From: Synechococcus elongatus PCC 6301
GTDB taxonomy: Bacteria > Cyanobacteriota > Cyanobacteriia > Synechococcales > Synechococcaceae
Length of the DNA: 32,000 bases
Direction: 5' to 3'
Assembly (NCBI RefSeq): GCF_000010065.1
Contig: NC_006576.1
Span: 480,001-512,000, forward strand
Of this stretch, positions 8,465 to 17,268 are shown in pieces (positions within the stretch are counted from its first letter, which is position 1; every line of letters begins with the position of its first letter). A program made the position numbers and the translations under genes. The notes under the pieces are model-generated. The model saw only the letters and a list, made by a program, of their open reading frames with translations. It had not been told where the DNA came from and searched no databases.

Positions 8465-9324
8465 GCGCTCCGCAAATTCAGTGGTATCCCGGTCACATTG
8501 CCAAGGCTGAACGCCAGCTGCAGGAACAGTTAAAACGGGTCGATGTGGTCTTGGAAGTCCGGGATGCGCGGATTCCCCTCGCGACCGATCACCCGCGCCT
8601 GAAAAGCTGGCTGGGAAGTCGGGAGCGGTTGCTCATTCTTAACCGCTTGGACATGATTCCAGCACCAGCACGACAGGCTTGGATCGACTGGTTTCGCAGC
8701 CAAGGCGATCGCGTTTTATTGACTGATGCCCACGCGGGTACTGGAGTGGCACAGCTCTCGCAAGCAGCTCAGGCAGCAGGAGCAGCCATGAATGCTCGCC
8801 GCAAGCAACGGGGAATGCTTCCCCGCGCGGTACGCGCAGTGGTGATTGGCTTTCCCAACGTTGGCAAGTCGGCCCTGATCAATCGCTTGGTGAAGAAAAA
8901 AGTCGTCGAAAGTGCTCGTCGTGCTGGTGTGACGCGATCGCTGCGCTGGGTGCGGGTCAGTGAGCATTTGGATCTGCTAGATGCCCCTGGAGTTCTGCCG
9001 AGTCGGCTAGATGATCAAACAGCAGCCCTAAAGTTGGCGCTCTGTGATGACATTGGCGAAGCAGCCTACGACAATCAACGGGTGGCAGCGGCTCTCGTCG
9101 ATTGCCTGCAAGCCCTGGAAGCACAGCCCCTCAGTGGCGTGACCCCAACCCTCTTCTTCGATCGCTATGGATTGTCGGTCGACGATACTGGCGAAGCCTA
9201 CCTCGCAGCCTTGGCCGATCATCGTTGTCAGGGCGATCGCGAGCGAACAGCCCTGATGCTGCTCAATGATTTTCGGCGGGGCAGCCTTGGTCCGATCGCC
9301 CTTGAACTTCCTCCAACGGCCTAA
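8461..9324 (+). CDS. Circularly permuted GTPase, RbgA/YlqF family (ribosome biogenesis)
   Basis: 287 aa: 'IQWYPGHIAKAERQLQEQLKRVDVVLEVRDARIPLATDHP', NRLDM (G4), GFPNVGKSALINRL (G1), LLDAPGVLPS (G3). Confidence 0.93.
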   Translation: MSAPQIQWYPGHIAKAERQLQEQLKRVDVVLEVRDARIPLATDHPRLKSWLGSRERLLILNRLDMIPAPARQAWIDWFRSQGDRVLLTDAHAGTGVAQLSQAAQAAGAAMNARRKQRGMLPRAVRAVVIGFPNVGKSALINRLVKKKVVESARRAGVTRSLRWVRVSEHLDLLDAPGVLPSRLDDQTAALKLALCDDIGEAAYDNQRVAAALVDCLQALEAQPLSGVTPTLFFDRYGLSVDDTGEAYLAALADHRCQGDRERTALMLLNDFRRGSLGPIALELPPTA

Positions 9325-9330
9325 TCTCCC

Positions 9331-10422
9331 ATGAGCGAGAGCGATCGCCGCATTTCCCTCACAACTGATAGCCTGCTGCTGATCGTGGGGCTGTCCCTCA
9401 TTCTGCTGATGCTCTGGCAGTTGCGCGGCCTAATTTTGATCCTGATGAGTGCGATCGTGTTGGCTGCCTCAATTGCGCCGATCGTGAATCAGCTCGAGCA
9501 ATGGCGCTTGCCGCGTTGGTTAGGCGTGCTGGTCGCTTATGGCGGCTTGCTGGCCATCCTGACGGGGGCGAGCCTGCTGGTGGGTCCCCTCGTGATCAGC
9601 CAAATTCAGACCCTGTTACGGCAACTGCCCAACCTCGTTGAACGGGTAGAACTCCTCTCGATTGACATTGCCGAACAGCTCGATTTGCAAGACTCTCCGC
9701 TCTTGCCCCAGTTGGTCAATCCTCAGGAGGTGGCAGGCTGGGTGATCAACACCTCGCAGCAGTTACTTCGTCAGTCCTATGGCATCACCCGTGGCATCTT
9801 AGGTGGCTTCTTCAGCGTTGTGCTGGGTCTACTCCTGTCCAGTTACTTAGTTGCTGACAGCAAAACGCTGGGGCGAGGCTTTGTGCGACTCTTTGCTGCC
9901 CCTTGGGACGATCGCCTGGCTGCACTACTCGGCCCTGTCGGGCAGCGTATGGGCGCTTATATTCGCGGACGAGTGCTGGTGTCGTTGCTGTTGGGCATTG
10001 CGATCGCGCTAGGGTTGCGCACCCTTGGATTGGGCGACTACGCCATTGGTCTGGGGGCGATCGCAGGATTCACCAATCTGATTCCCTTCCTTGGGCCTTT
10101 CCTAGGGGCCATTCCGGCTCTGTTTGTGGCCCTAGCGCAGGGCGATAGCGCTTGGTTATTTCTCTGGGTTTTGCTGTTGTTTGTCATTATTCAAAATCTA
10201 GAAAGCTATGTGCTCGATCCGCTGCTGGTGGGCGCTGCAGTCGGGATCCATCCGCTCTATCAGCTCTTGGCGGTATTGGGAGGGGTGCAACTCCTGGGGA
10301 TCGTTGGAGCCGTGATTGCGCCCCCTTGGATTGCTGGTGGCGCTCTTTTACTCGAGCGGCTCTATCTCCAACCCAAGGACTTGGCCAAGCAAGGGCTGCC
10401 GTCTGAGGCAACTCAGCCATGA
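9331..10422 (+). CDS. AI-2E/PerM-family transporter-like membrane protein
   Basis: 363 aa polytopic protein. 'GIAIALGLRTLGLGDYAIGLGAIAGFTNLIPFLGPFLGAIPALFVAL' and 'NLESYVLDPLLVGAAVGIHPLYQLLAVLGG' match this family. Confidence 0.88.
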   Translation: MSESDRRISLTTDSLLLIVGLSLILLMLWQLRGLILILMSAIVLAASIAPIVNQLEQWRLPRWLGVLVAYGGLLAILTGASLLVGPLVISQIQTLLRQLPNLVERVELLSIDIAEQLDLQDSPLLPQLVNPQEVAGWVINTSQQLLRQSYGITRGILGGFFSVVLGLLLSSYLVADSKTLGRGFVRLFAAPWDDRLAALLGPVGQRMGAYIRGRVLVSLLLGIAIALGLRTLGLGDYAIGLGAIAGFTNLIPFLGPFLGAIPALFVALAQGDSAWLFLWVLLLFVIIQNLESYVLDPLLVGAAVGIHPLYQLLAVLGGVQLLGIVGAVIAPPWIAGGALLLERLYLQPKDLAKQGLPSEATQP

Positions 10423-11360
10423 GCGATCGCCTGCAACTAGAAATCACAGAAGTGCCTTCTGAGCGGCTCGATCGTTGGCTTGCCCAGCAGTGGCCGCATC
10501 TGTCGCGGGCACGCCTCCAGAAACTGATTGCAGCGGGTCAGCTGCGGGTCAATGGAGAAGTCTGTGATCAGAAGCGCTGGCAGCCGCGTTTGGGCGATCG
10601 CCTCGAACTGGAAATGCCTCCGACGGAAGCAATCGCGCTAGCCCCTGAAGAGATTCCCCTCGACATCCTTTATGAAGATGCTGACCTATTGATCGTCAAC
10701 AAAGCCGTGGGGATGGTGGTGCATCCGGCGGCGGGACATGACACTGGTACGCTCGTCCATGCTCTGCTAGCCCACTGCGGTGACTCCCTGACGGGCATTG
10801 GTGGGGAACAGCGGCCGGGTATTGTCCATCGTCTAGACAAGGACACCACAGGGGCGATGGTGGTGGCGAAAACAGAAGCCGCCCTGCTGTCTTTACAAGA
10901 TCAAATCCGCCAGAAAACCGCCCAGCGGGAATATCTGGGTGTGGTCTTTGGTTCGCCTCGTCAAGATAGTGGCCAGGTTGAAGAGCCGATTGGCCGCCAT
11001 CTGCGCGATCGCAAACGAATGGCGGTTGTACCGATTGAACGGGGCGGGCGTTGGGCACTCACCCACTGGCAGGTCAGGGAACGGCTCGGTAACTATGCGC
11101 TGCTGCACTATCGGCTGGCAACGGGCCGCACCCACCAAATCCGCGTTCACAGTCATCACATGGGGCATCCACTAGTGGGCGATCCGCTCTACGGCAATGG
11201 GCGATCGCTCGGGGTCAATCTGCAGGGACAAGCCCTCCATGCCTGGCGACTGAGTTTGCAACATCCCCGCACGGGCGAGGTGATCGCGGTGGAAGCCCCA
11301 CTACCGGCAGAATTTCAACGTCTGTTGCGTGTCCTTCGCGATCGGAGTGCCCAATCGTGA
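10419..11360 (+). CDS. RluA/RluD-family 23S rRNA pseudouridine synthase
   Basis: 313 aa. N-terminal S4 domain (ERLDRWLAQQWPHLSRARLQKLIAAGQLRVNG), catalytic region 'GIVHRLDKDTTGAMVVAKT', 'TGRTHQIRVHSHHMGHPLVGDPLYG'. Confidence 0.95.
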   Translation: MSDRLQLEITEVPSERLDRWLAQQWPHLSRARLQKLIAAGQLRVNGEVCDQKRWQPRLGDRLELEMPPTEAIALAPEEIPLDILYEDADLLIVNKAVGMVVHPAAGHDTGTLVHALLAHCGDSLTGIGGEQRPGIVHRLDKDTTGAMVVAKTEAALLSLQDQIRQKTAQREYLGVVFGSPRQDSGQVEEPIGRHLRDRKRMAVVPIERGGRWALTHWQVRERLGNYALLHYRLATGRTHQIRVHSHHMGHPLVGDPLYGNGRSLGVNLQGQALHAWRLSLQHPRTGEVIAVEAPLPAEFQRLLRVLRDRSAQS

Positions 11361-12940
11361 GCGCCTCCACCCTCTTAGCCGGTCGCTACGAATTGCAAGC
11401 GCCTCTGTCATCAGGGGGCTTTGCCGAAACTTGGCTGGCGATCGACACCATGACGCCCTCCCGGCGATCGGTGGTGGTCAAGCAACTGAAAACGCCCGCA
11501 GATGACAGCATTTTGCCGGTGGTTCTTGCAGCCTTCGAACGGGAAGCGGCAGTGCTCGAGCACCTCGGGCAGCACTGCGATCGCGTACCAGTCCTCTATG
11601 CCTATTTCCAAGAAGCCGGTCAGCTCTACCTCGTTCAGGAATACATTGCCGGTCAAACCTTGCGACAACTGGGACGGCAGTCGCCCGAGCAAGCGCGATC
11701 GCTTTTGGAACAACTGCTGGCGATCCTGGCAACCATCCACCAAGCGGGTGCCATTCATCGCGACATTAAGCCGGACAACATCATCCTGCGCGAGTCCGAC
11801 AGTCGGCCCGTGCTGATTGACTTTGGGGCAGTGCGTCAGGCGATCGAAACCGCTAGCGCCACCCAACTGCGGACGGCTTCCAAGGTGATTGGCACGCCGG
11901 GCTATATGGCACCAGAGCAGGCGATGGGGCGAGTCACCTTTGCCACCTATCTTTACGGTTTGGCGATGACAATCGGCTTTATCTTGACAGGTCAAGATCC
12001 CCTAGACTGGCCGACGGATCACCAGACGGGTTTGATCTTCTGGGAGGCGTTGCTACCTGACCTCGATCCGCAGCTGCGCCGAATTCTAGAACGCGCCAGT
12101 CAGCCCCAACTCATCCAGCGCTACAGCTCTGTTGCTGAGATGCAAGCAGCTTTGACCGCTTCAACCACAGCGATCGCGACGCAAGTGGTTGCACCTCGCC
12201 AGCAGCCCAGGAAGCAGAAGGAACGAAAGGCAAGACAAACGCCCAGCAGTGCTCCCCCAACGCGATCGCTGCAACCGGTACCGCCACCGCTGCCCCGCAG
12301 CGATCGCCCCCAACAGCAACGAAGCCTGTGGCTCGGGATTGGAATTTTTCTGGTTTTAAGCCTGACTGGAGCTGTCCTTGCCACGGGCCTATGGTTTTGG
12401 CAGGAACAAGAGCGGACTCGACAACAAGCTTTGCGGCAGCAGTTTGAAGAACTACAGGCCAATCTTCAGGAAGCGCGACGCCGAGCCGAAGCCGCAAAAG
12501 CCGAAGCGGAGCGGGCTAAAGCTGAGGCAGAAGCTGCTAAAAACAACCCCCTTGGCACCTTGGCTGAGCAGTGGTTTGGAGGGAGTAACGAGACGAAAGT
12601 CCCCACCACGCTGACCGCTGACAACGCGATCGCCACGGTGGAATCGCTCTATGGTGCGATCGCAGCCCGGAATTGGTCAATCGCGCAGACCTACTTTGCC
12701 GGTGATTTAGCTGCCCAATTTGATCCGCAATTCTTCGAGCAGTTCCGGGAGGTGACCGTTGAGAATCTCAGCATCACACGTCAGTCGATCGATCGCATTG
12801 AGCTGATTGGTGAGAACCGCTACATCTGGCCCGATGGCAGTCAGCAACGAGAGCAGCGATCGTTCACGATCGCCCCGGATAGCGATGGACTGAAGCTGGT
12901 GGAGTCCCAGTTTTTGGCGGTGCTAGAACCCCGCCGCTAG
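11357..12940 (+). CDS. Serine/threonine protein kinase with TM, coiled coil and extracytoplasmic IMS-like domain
   Basis: 527 aa. Kinase motifs: LSSGGFAETWLAID, AIHRDIKPDNIIL, PVLIDFGAVR, GTPGYMAPEQAMG. TM SLWLGIGIFLVLSLTGAVLATGLWFW, Ala/Glu/Lys coiled coil, C-terminal domain 'AIATVESLYGAIAARNWSIAQTYFAGDLAAQFDPQF'. Confidence 0.92.
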   Translation: MSASTLLAGRYELQAPLSSGGFAETWLAIDTMTPSRRSVVVKQLKTPADDSILPVVLAAFEREAAVLEHLGQHCDRVPVLYAYFQEAGQLYLVQEYIAGQTLRQLGRQSPEQARSLLEQLLAILATIHQAGAIHRDIKPDNIILRESDSRPVLIDFGAVRQAIETASATQLRTASKVIGTPGYMAPEQAMGRVTFATYLYGLAMTIGFILTGQDPLDWPTDHQTGLIFWEALLPDLDPQLRRILERASQPQLIQRYSSVAEMQAALTASTTAIATQVVAPRQQPRKQKERKARQTPSSAPPTRSLQPVPPPLPRSDRPQQQRSLWLGIGIFLVLSLTGAVLATGLWFWQEQERTRQQALRQQFEELQANLQEARRRAEAAKAEAERAKAEAEAAKNNPLGTLAEQWFGGSNETKVPTTLTADNAIATVESLYGAIAARNWSIAQTYFAGDLAAQFDPQFFEQFREVTVENLSITRQSIDRIELIGENRYIWPDGSQQREQRSFTIAPDSDGLKLVESQFLAVLEPRR

Positions 12941-13276
12941 TCCTCCGTTTTGGGCTGGGGAGAATCAACATAGATTTTGGACAAAGAGATTAGGACGTTT
13001 TTGCTAGAGAAATCAGCCTCTAACCCGTGATCAAAATAAGCGAGTTCTACCCGCTGCGATCGCTGCTTCACCGATCAGTCTCACGCGAAATCTTGTTGCG
13101 GCTGGGGGGGGGGTGGAGTCAAGACCCCATAGTACGCGCGGTGGGGGTGCGAACATCCCCACGGCTGGAGGTCGTTGAAGCTAGACCAACCCACCCAAAA
13201 CTAAATCGTCTTAACCCACTTAAAAGACTGCTATGGACATTCCTCTCGAAGCGCGATCGCTCGGAGTCTTTGCTGG

Positions 13277-13810
13277 CTACTGCAACCGCTGCTTGATGAA
13301 CGTCACTAGCTGCCCCATTTGGCGCTTCAGCGATGCGAGTTCTTCCTCGACAGTCTTCAGCCGTTGCTTGAGCTCTGCCACCTCAGCGCTACTGCCTGCT
13401 GCTGTAGGTGCTGGCGCAGGTTTGGCCGCTCGTTGCCGCGCCTTGGTCATGGCCGAGCGGATGGCCTCCACCAGGTCGTGGCGCTCAAAAGGTTTGCCAA
13501 CAAACTCGAAATACTCGAAGGGTTCCGTGACGTGCTCCGTCACCTCTTCCTTGCGGCCAGACATTACCACTAGGGGAATATCCCAGAGCGTGGCGTCCTG
13601 CTGCAGATGCTGGAGCACTTCCCAGCCATTCATGCGTGGCATCAGAAAGTCCATCAAGACGAGATTGGGGTGAACCTGCCGAATCAATTGCAGTCCCTCA
13701 GCGCCATCCTGGGCTTCGAGCACTTCAAAGTTGCCTTGAGGCAACATGTCGCGGATACGGGCCCGAATCACGCGGCTGTCGTCAATGATCAGGATTTTCT
13801 CTAGGCTCAC
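13277..13810 (-). CDS. Response regulator: REC domain plus C-terminal coiled coil
   Basis: 'EKILIIDDSRVIRARIRDMLP...NLVLMDFLMPRMNGWEVL...PLVVMSGR...FVGKPFE' receiver motifs. The ORF track gives 13903 as start, but the receiver begins at a GTG at 13810 (GTG AGC CTA GAG AAA ATC CTG), which I prefer. Confidence 0.88.
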   Translation of the reverse strand: MSLEKILIIDDSRVIRARIRDMLPQGNFEVLEAQDGAEGLQLIRQVHPNLVLMDFLMPRMNGWEVLQHLQQDATLWDIPLVVMSGRKEEVTEHVTEPFEYFEFVGKPFERHDLVEAIRSAMTKARQRAAKPAPAPTAAGSSAEVAELKQRLKTVEEELASLKRQMGQLVTFIKQRLQ

Positions 13811-14063
13811 CAGTTCTCTCCTCTGTGCCGTTGGGTGGAATTCCAGCCCTATCCCTGACCTTGATTGTGGAGTGCAGGTAACGTATCGGCAAGCGATTGA
13901 CATGCAGCCCTATCAGATGGAGTGCCGCAGCGATCGCCTGTGATTGGGTGACTCAAAACGTTGAGCGCTGTGATTATTTACCTCTTGGCGGGCGCTGAAC
14001 TGAGCCGCGATCGCGATCGCCCTCTCAGTCTCTCGTGAGGAGCGGGCATACAGTCGTTGCTTG

Positions 14064-15137
14064 TTAGGCCAGCTCAGCGGCGATCGCCTCCAGAAGGCGT
14101 TGATTTTCCGCCGAACTGCGCACGGCCACCCGGAACCAGCGATCGCCCAATTCCGTAAAGCTCAGGCAGTCGCGAATCAGCAGCCGATGCTGCTGCAGAA
14201 GGCGCTCCTGCAAGGGCAGGATCGAGTCCTCGGCTTGCACCAACAGAAAATTGGCCTGACTCGGCAGCACCCGCAGTCCCGGAATCGAGGCTAAACCGCT
14301 GGCTAATGCGGCGCGGGCTGGGGGGAGCCAGTTCCAAGTCGCGGCTTGAAAATCATGATCTGCGAGCAGTTCCGGCCCTAGAGCTGCTGCGAGACCATTG
14401 ACGGACCATGGATCGCGCCACTGCTGCCATGACTCCAAACGATCGGGATGGGCGATCGCATAGCCCAGGCGCAACCCTGCCAAGCTGTAGAACTTGGTCA
14501 GCGATCGCACAATCACTAGCGATCGGCTCTGAGCTAAGCAAGGCTGCAGGCTCCAGTCCGCTGCAGTCGGCAAAAAGTCCAGAAAAGCTTCGTCTGCAAC
14601 CACCAGGCGGCAGCGCTGCAAGAGCGGCCATAGGTCTCGCAAGGGCCAGAGCCAGCCCGTGGGGTTGTGGGGATTATTGATCAGCAGGCCCGTCTCAGGT
14701 GTGAGCTGAGGTTCCAGTAAACCTCGCAGAGTTGCCAGAGAGGCTGGACGATCGAGAGGTAGGGCTAGACGCCGCCAAGGAACACCAACGGCAGTGAGGG
14801 CGCGTTCATAGTCCCGAAAGGCGGGTCCGAGTAGCAAAACTTCGCGGCAAGCGGCAAGATCGCGGGCTGCCCGGGTCAGTAATTCTGCTGCCCCGTTACC
14901 GGGCAAAATCCAGTCAGGATCGCAGTCGTGATGTCGGGCGATCGCCTCTCGAAGCTGCCGATACTGGGGATCAGGATAGGCAATCAGGTGGGTGTAATGC
15001 TGTTGTAGCCAAGTCGCCAGCCAAGCTGGTGGCCCCAGCGGATTCAAACTGGCTGAAAAATCAAGAAGGTCAGCTGGGGAAGCCCCAGCTAGGCCAGCAG
15101 CCCAGCGCAGGTTTCCCCCATGGTTGGGTCGGGTCAA
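14064..15137 (-). CDS. PLP-dependent aminotransferase, threonine-phosphate decarboxylase (CobD/CobC)-like
   Basis: 357 aa. 'HGGNLRWAAGLAGASPADLLDFSASLNPLGPP', 'NGAAELLTRAAR', 'NPHNPTGWLWP', 'LVVADEAFLDF', 'SLTKFYSLAGLRLGYA' fit the HisC/CobD family. The opening HGGN...DFSASLNPLG is typical of threonine-phosphate decarboxylases. Confidence 0.85.
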   Translation of the reverse strand: MTRPNHGGNLRWAAGLAGASPADLLDFSASLNPLGPPAWLATWLQQHYTHLIAYPDPQYRQLREAIARHHDCDPDWILPGNGAAELLTRAARDLAACREVLLLGPAFRDYERALTAVGVPWRRLALPLDRPASLATLRGLLEPQLTPETGLLINNPHNPTGWLWPLRDLWPLLQRCRLVVADEAFLDFLPTAADWSLQPCLAQSRSLVIVRSLTKFYSLAGLRLGYAIAHPDRLESWQQWRDPWSVNGLAAALGPELLADHDFQAATWNWLPPARAALASGLASIPGLRVLPSQANFLLVQAEDSILPLQERLLQQHRLLIRDCLSFTELGDRWFRVAVRSSAENQRLLEAIAAELA

Positions 15138-15155
15138 GGCATTTCAGCACCCATC

Positions 15156-15431
15156 CTAGGTGCTGACTTTCTCCTTAAAGAGCTTACCGGCAGAGAAGGC
15201 TGGAACCTTCGTTGCAGGGATTTTCATCTTCTGTCCAGTTTTGGGATTGCGGCCTTCCCGCGCTTTGCGATCGCGAGGTTCAAAGGAACCAAAGCCAACC
15301 AAGGTGACTTTGTCACCGCCAGAGACTGCCTCGATGATCGTGTCGAGTGCCGCTGAAATGATGTGTTCTGCCTGTTTTTTCGTAACGTGGGCACGATCCG
15401 CAACCTTGTCGATCAAGTCACCCTTGTTCAT
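15156..15431 (-). CDS. hup: HU-family DNA-binding protein
   Basis: 91 aa: MNKGDLIDKVADRAHVTKKQAEHIISAALDTIIEAVSGGDKVTLVGFGSFEPRDRKAREGRNPKTGQKMKIPATKVPAFSAGKLFKEKV. Canonical HU. Confidence 0.97.
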   Translation of the reverse strand: MNKGDLIDKVADRAHVTKKQAEHIISAALDTIIEAVSGGDKVTLVGFGSFEPRDRKAREGRNPKTGQKMKIPATKVPAFSAGKLFKEKVST

Positions 15432-15713
15432 GGGCTATCTCCTTGAAAACTCAACAATGCGCGAGCATTAATGCTCGGATGATTCGGTGACGCTTGGGAG
15501 CTGAAACTCGCTCCCCGAACAGGCTTTACCCTGTTTAGATAGAGGGCTATCGCTGCCCTATTCTAGGTGTCCAGTCTGGAGAAGCGATCCCAGCAATTCG
15601 TTAATTTATGTGGACTCGTTAGAACTGACGATGGGAACTTTCTAAATATTCAACGCATCTTTCTGGACGAATTGTCGGCTTGCAGTTGATCCGTTAGCGT
15701 AGGTTTTTCTGGG

Positions 15714-16514
15714 ATGGGCACAGCCATGCGCAGCGTTGCTTGGGGATTGGCGATCGCACTCTGGCCCATCGCTGTTTGGGCAGAAAATCCCGAAGACCTA
15801 CAGCGATTGCTGACGACTCGCCAGTGTGAACGCTGTGATCTCCAAGACTCTGGCCTAGTGCTGGCCCGACTCTCAGGGGCCCGCTTGACCGGCAGCAATC
15901 TGCAGCGAGCCAATCTGAGCGGTGCTGACTTGAGCGGAGCCGACCTGCGCCAAACGGATTTGCGCGGGGCGTCGCTACAGCGGGCCAATCTTGCCGGCGC
16001 CAATCTGACTGGGGCACGCCTCGACGGAGTTGACCTGCGGGAGGCTTGGTTGACAGAGGCAATTCTGACGCCGCAGCAGTTGGCCTTGGCCCACATTCAG
16101 GGTGCTCAAGGATTGGATGTAACCGCGCTGCCTTTTGAACGCTATCAAGCTTGGGGCATTGAGGCGATTCAGGCGGGTCGATTTGAGCGTGCCATCAGTT
16201 ACTTCGACCTCGCTCTCCAACGCAATCCCAAATCTGCCTCCACCTATCTCAGCCGCGCGATCGCCTATCAAGGTCTGGGGCGATCGGAACAGGCGATCGC
16301 CGATGCCCAAGCAGCAGAGCAACTCTACAAAAGTCAGCAAAATCCGGAAGGCGAAAAGCGATCGCAGGAACTGCGCACCACCATCGTTGCGGCTCAAGAA
16401 CGGGTCGCCAGCAGTGGCAGCAATGGCGGTAACGGGGGCGGGAGTGCAGCCTTGGCCGTGCTGACGGGCATTGTCCAAGGGGTGCTGCCCTTCTTACTGG
16501 GCTTCCCCTTCTAG
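15714..16514 (+). CDS. Secreted/membrane pentapeptide-repeat plus TPR protein
   Basis: 266 aa. N-terminal signal-like segment, tandem A(D/N)LxG pentapeptides (LQRANLSGADLSGADLRQTDLRGASLQRANLAGANLTGARLDGVDL), TPR-like 'YFDLALQRNPKSASTYLSRAIAYQGLGRSEQAIADA', C-terminal hydrophobic segment. Confidence 0.85.
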   Translation: MGTAMRSVAWGLAIALWPIAVWAENPEDLQRLLTTRQCERCDLQDSGLVLARLSGARLTGSNLQRANLSGADLSGADLRQTDLRGASLQRANLAGANLTGARLDGVDLREAWLTEAILTPQQLALAHIQGAQGLDVTALPFERYQAWGIEAIQAGRFERAISYFDLALQRNPKSASTYLSRAIAYQGLGRSEQAIADAQAAEQLYKSQQNPEGEKRSQELRTTIVAAQERVASSGSNGGNGGGSAALAVLTGIVQGVLPFLLGFPF

Positions 16515-16654
16515 CAAGGGAGCCCGGCGGATTGGGCGATCGCAGCGAAAACAATTGAGGACTTTAATGGCCTTGAGTCGCCTCAGCTCAGGCCAGACAG
16601 CCATCTGGGTGGAGGGGACGCCTGATAATAGACGGGTTGTCTTTTGCTGCGCTG

Positions 16655-17125
16655 ATGAGCCGTACCCTTGTTTTACCGGCAGACGCGATCGCTCAGCTTG
16701 ACCTCAGTCCTGTCCAGACAGCCTTGCCGGAGTTGAAGACTGCCGATTGGCTCACCCTTGAGCAGCAAGTCTGTCTCAAGATCCAATGGCCGCGTAGCGA
16801 AGATGACCCGCGAGAACTGGCGGAGATTCCCGAAATTCGCCTCTGGTTTATCCGCTTAGATGCGACCTATCCCCAATTCCCCCTACTAGTGAACTGGCAG
16901 TCAGGTGAGCTGGTGCGCTACGCCGCCATGTTGGTGCCCCATCAGTTCAGCCGCAATGAAGGCTTACAGTTCAATCCTGAAGCTCTGGCAATTTGGGTCA
17001 ACCACAAAATTTTCTACTTCGCTCAGCAACTCGCCGATCGTGGTTTGTCGGGCAGCAGTCGCCTCAAAAACTTTGCACAGATTCTGGGGTTTGAAATCGA
17101 CGAAAGTTTCTTTGAGCTGCTCTAA
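16655..17125 (+). CDS. Conserved-looking hypothetical protein
   Basis: The ORF runs from TTG at 16637, and the better start is ATG at 16655 (MSRTLVLPADAIAQLDLSPVQTALPELKTADWLTLEQQ...). About 156 aa, no family recognised. Confidence 0.65.
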   Translation: MSRTLVLPADAIAQLDLSPVQTALPELKTADWLTLEQQVCLKIQWPRSEDDPRELAEIPEIRLWFIRLDATYPQFPLLVNWQSGELVRYAAMLVPHQFSRNEGLQFNPEALAIWVNHKIFYFAQQLADRGLSGSSRLKNFAQILGFEIDESFFELL

Positions 17126-17268
17126 TCGCTGATGACAGGCGGAGGCGGCTGGTCTCTGGCTCGGAGTGATCTATGGTCCACTGCTGCAGATCCTGGGCTG
17201 AGAGTGCCGGGCTGGGAGAACGCTTGTCGATAAGATAGAGGGCTGTAGCTGCTCACGCCCTCACTCCT

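Noticed and set aside
13027-13296. 89-aa ORF as a real gene
   Set aside because: It includes the G10 tract and hairpin, lacks recognisable motifs, and overlaps the response regulator end. I kept it only as part of the unexplained intergenic region.
13924-14063. Possible regulatory RNA near CCGCGATCGCGATCGCCCTCTCAGTCTCTCGTGAG
   Set aside because: It is explained by tandem overlapping HIP1-like palindromes, and I found no convincing long stem or promoter.
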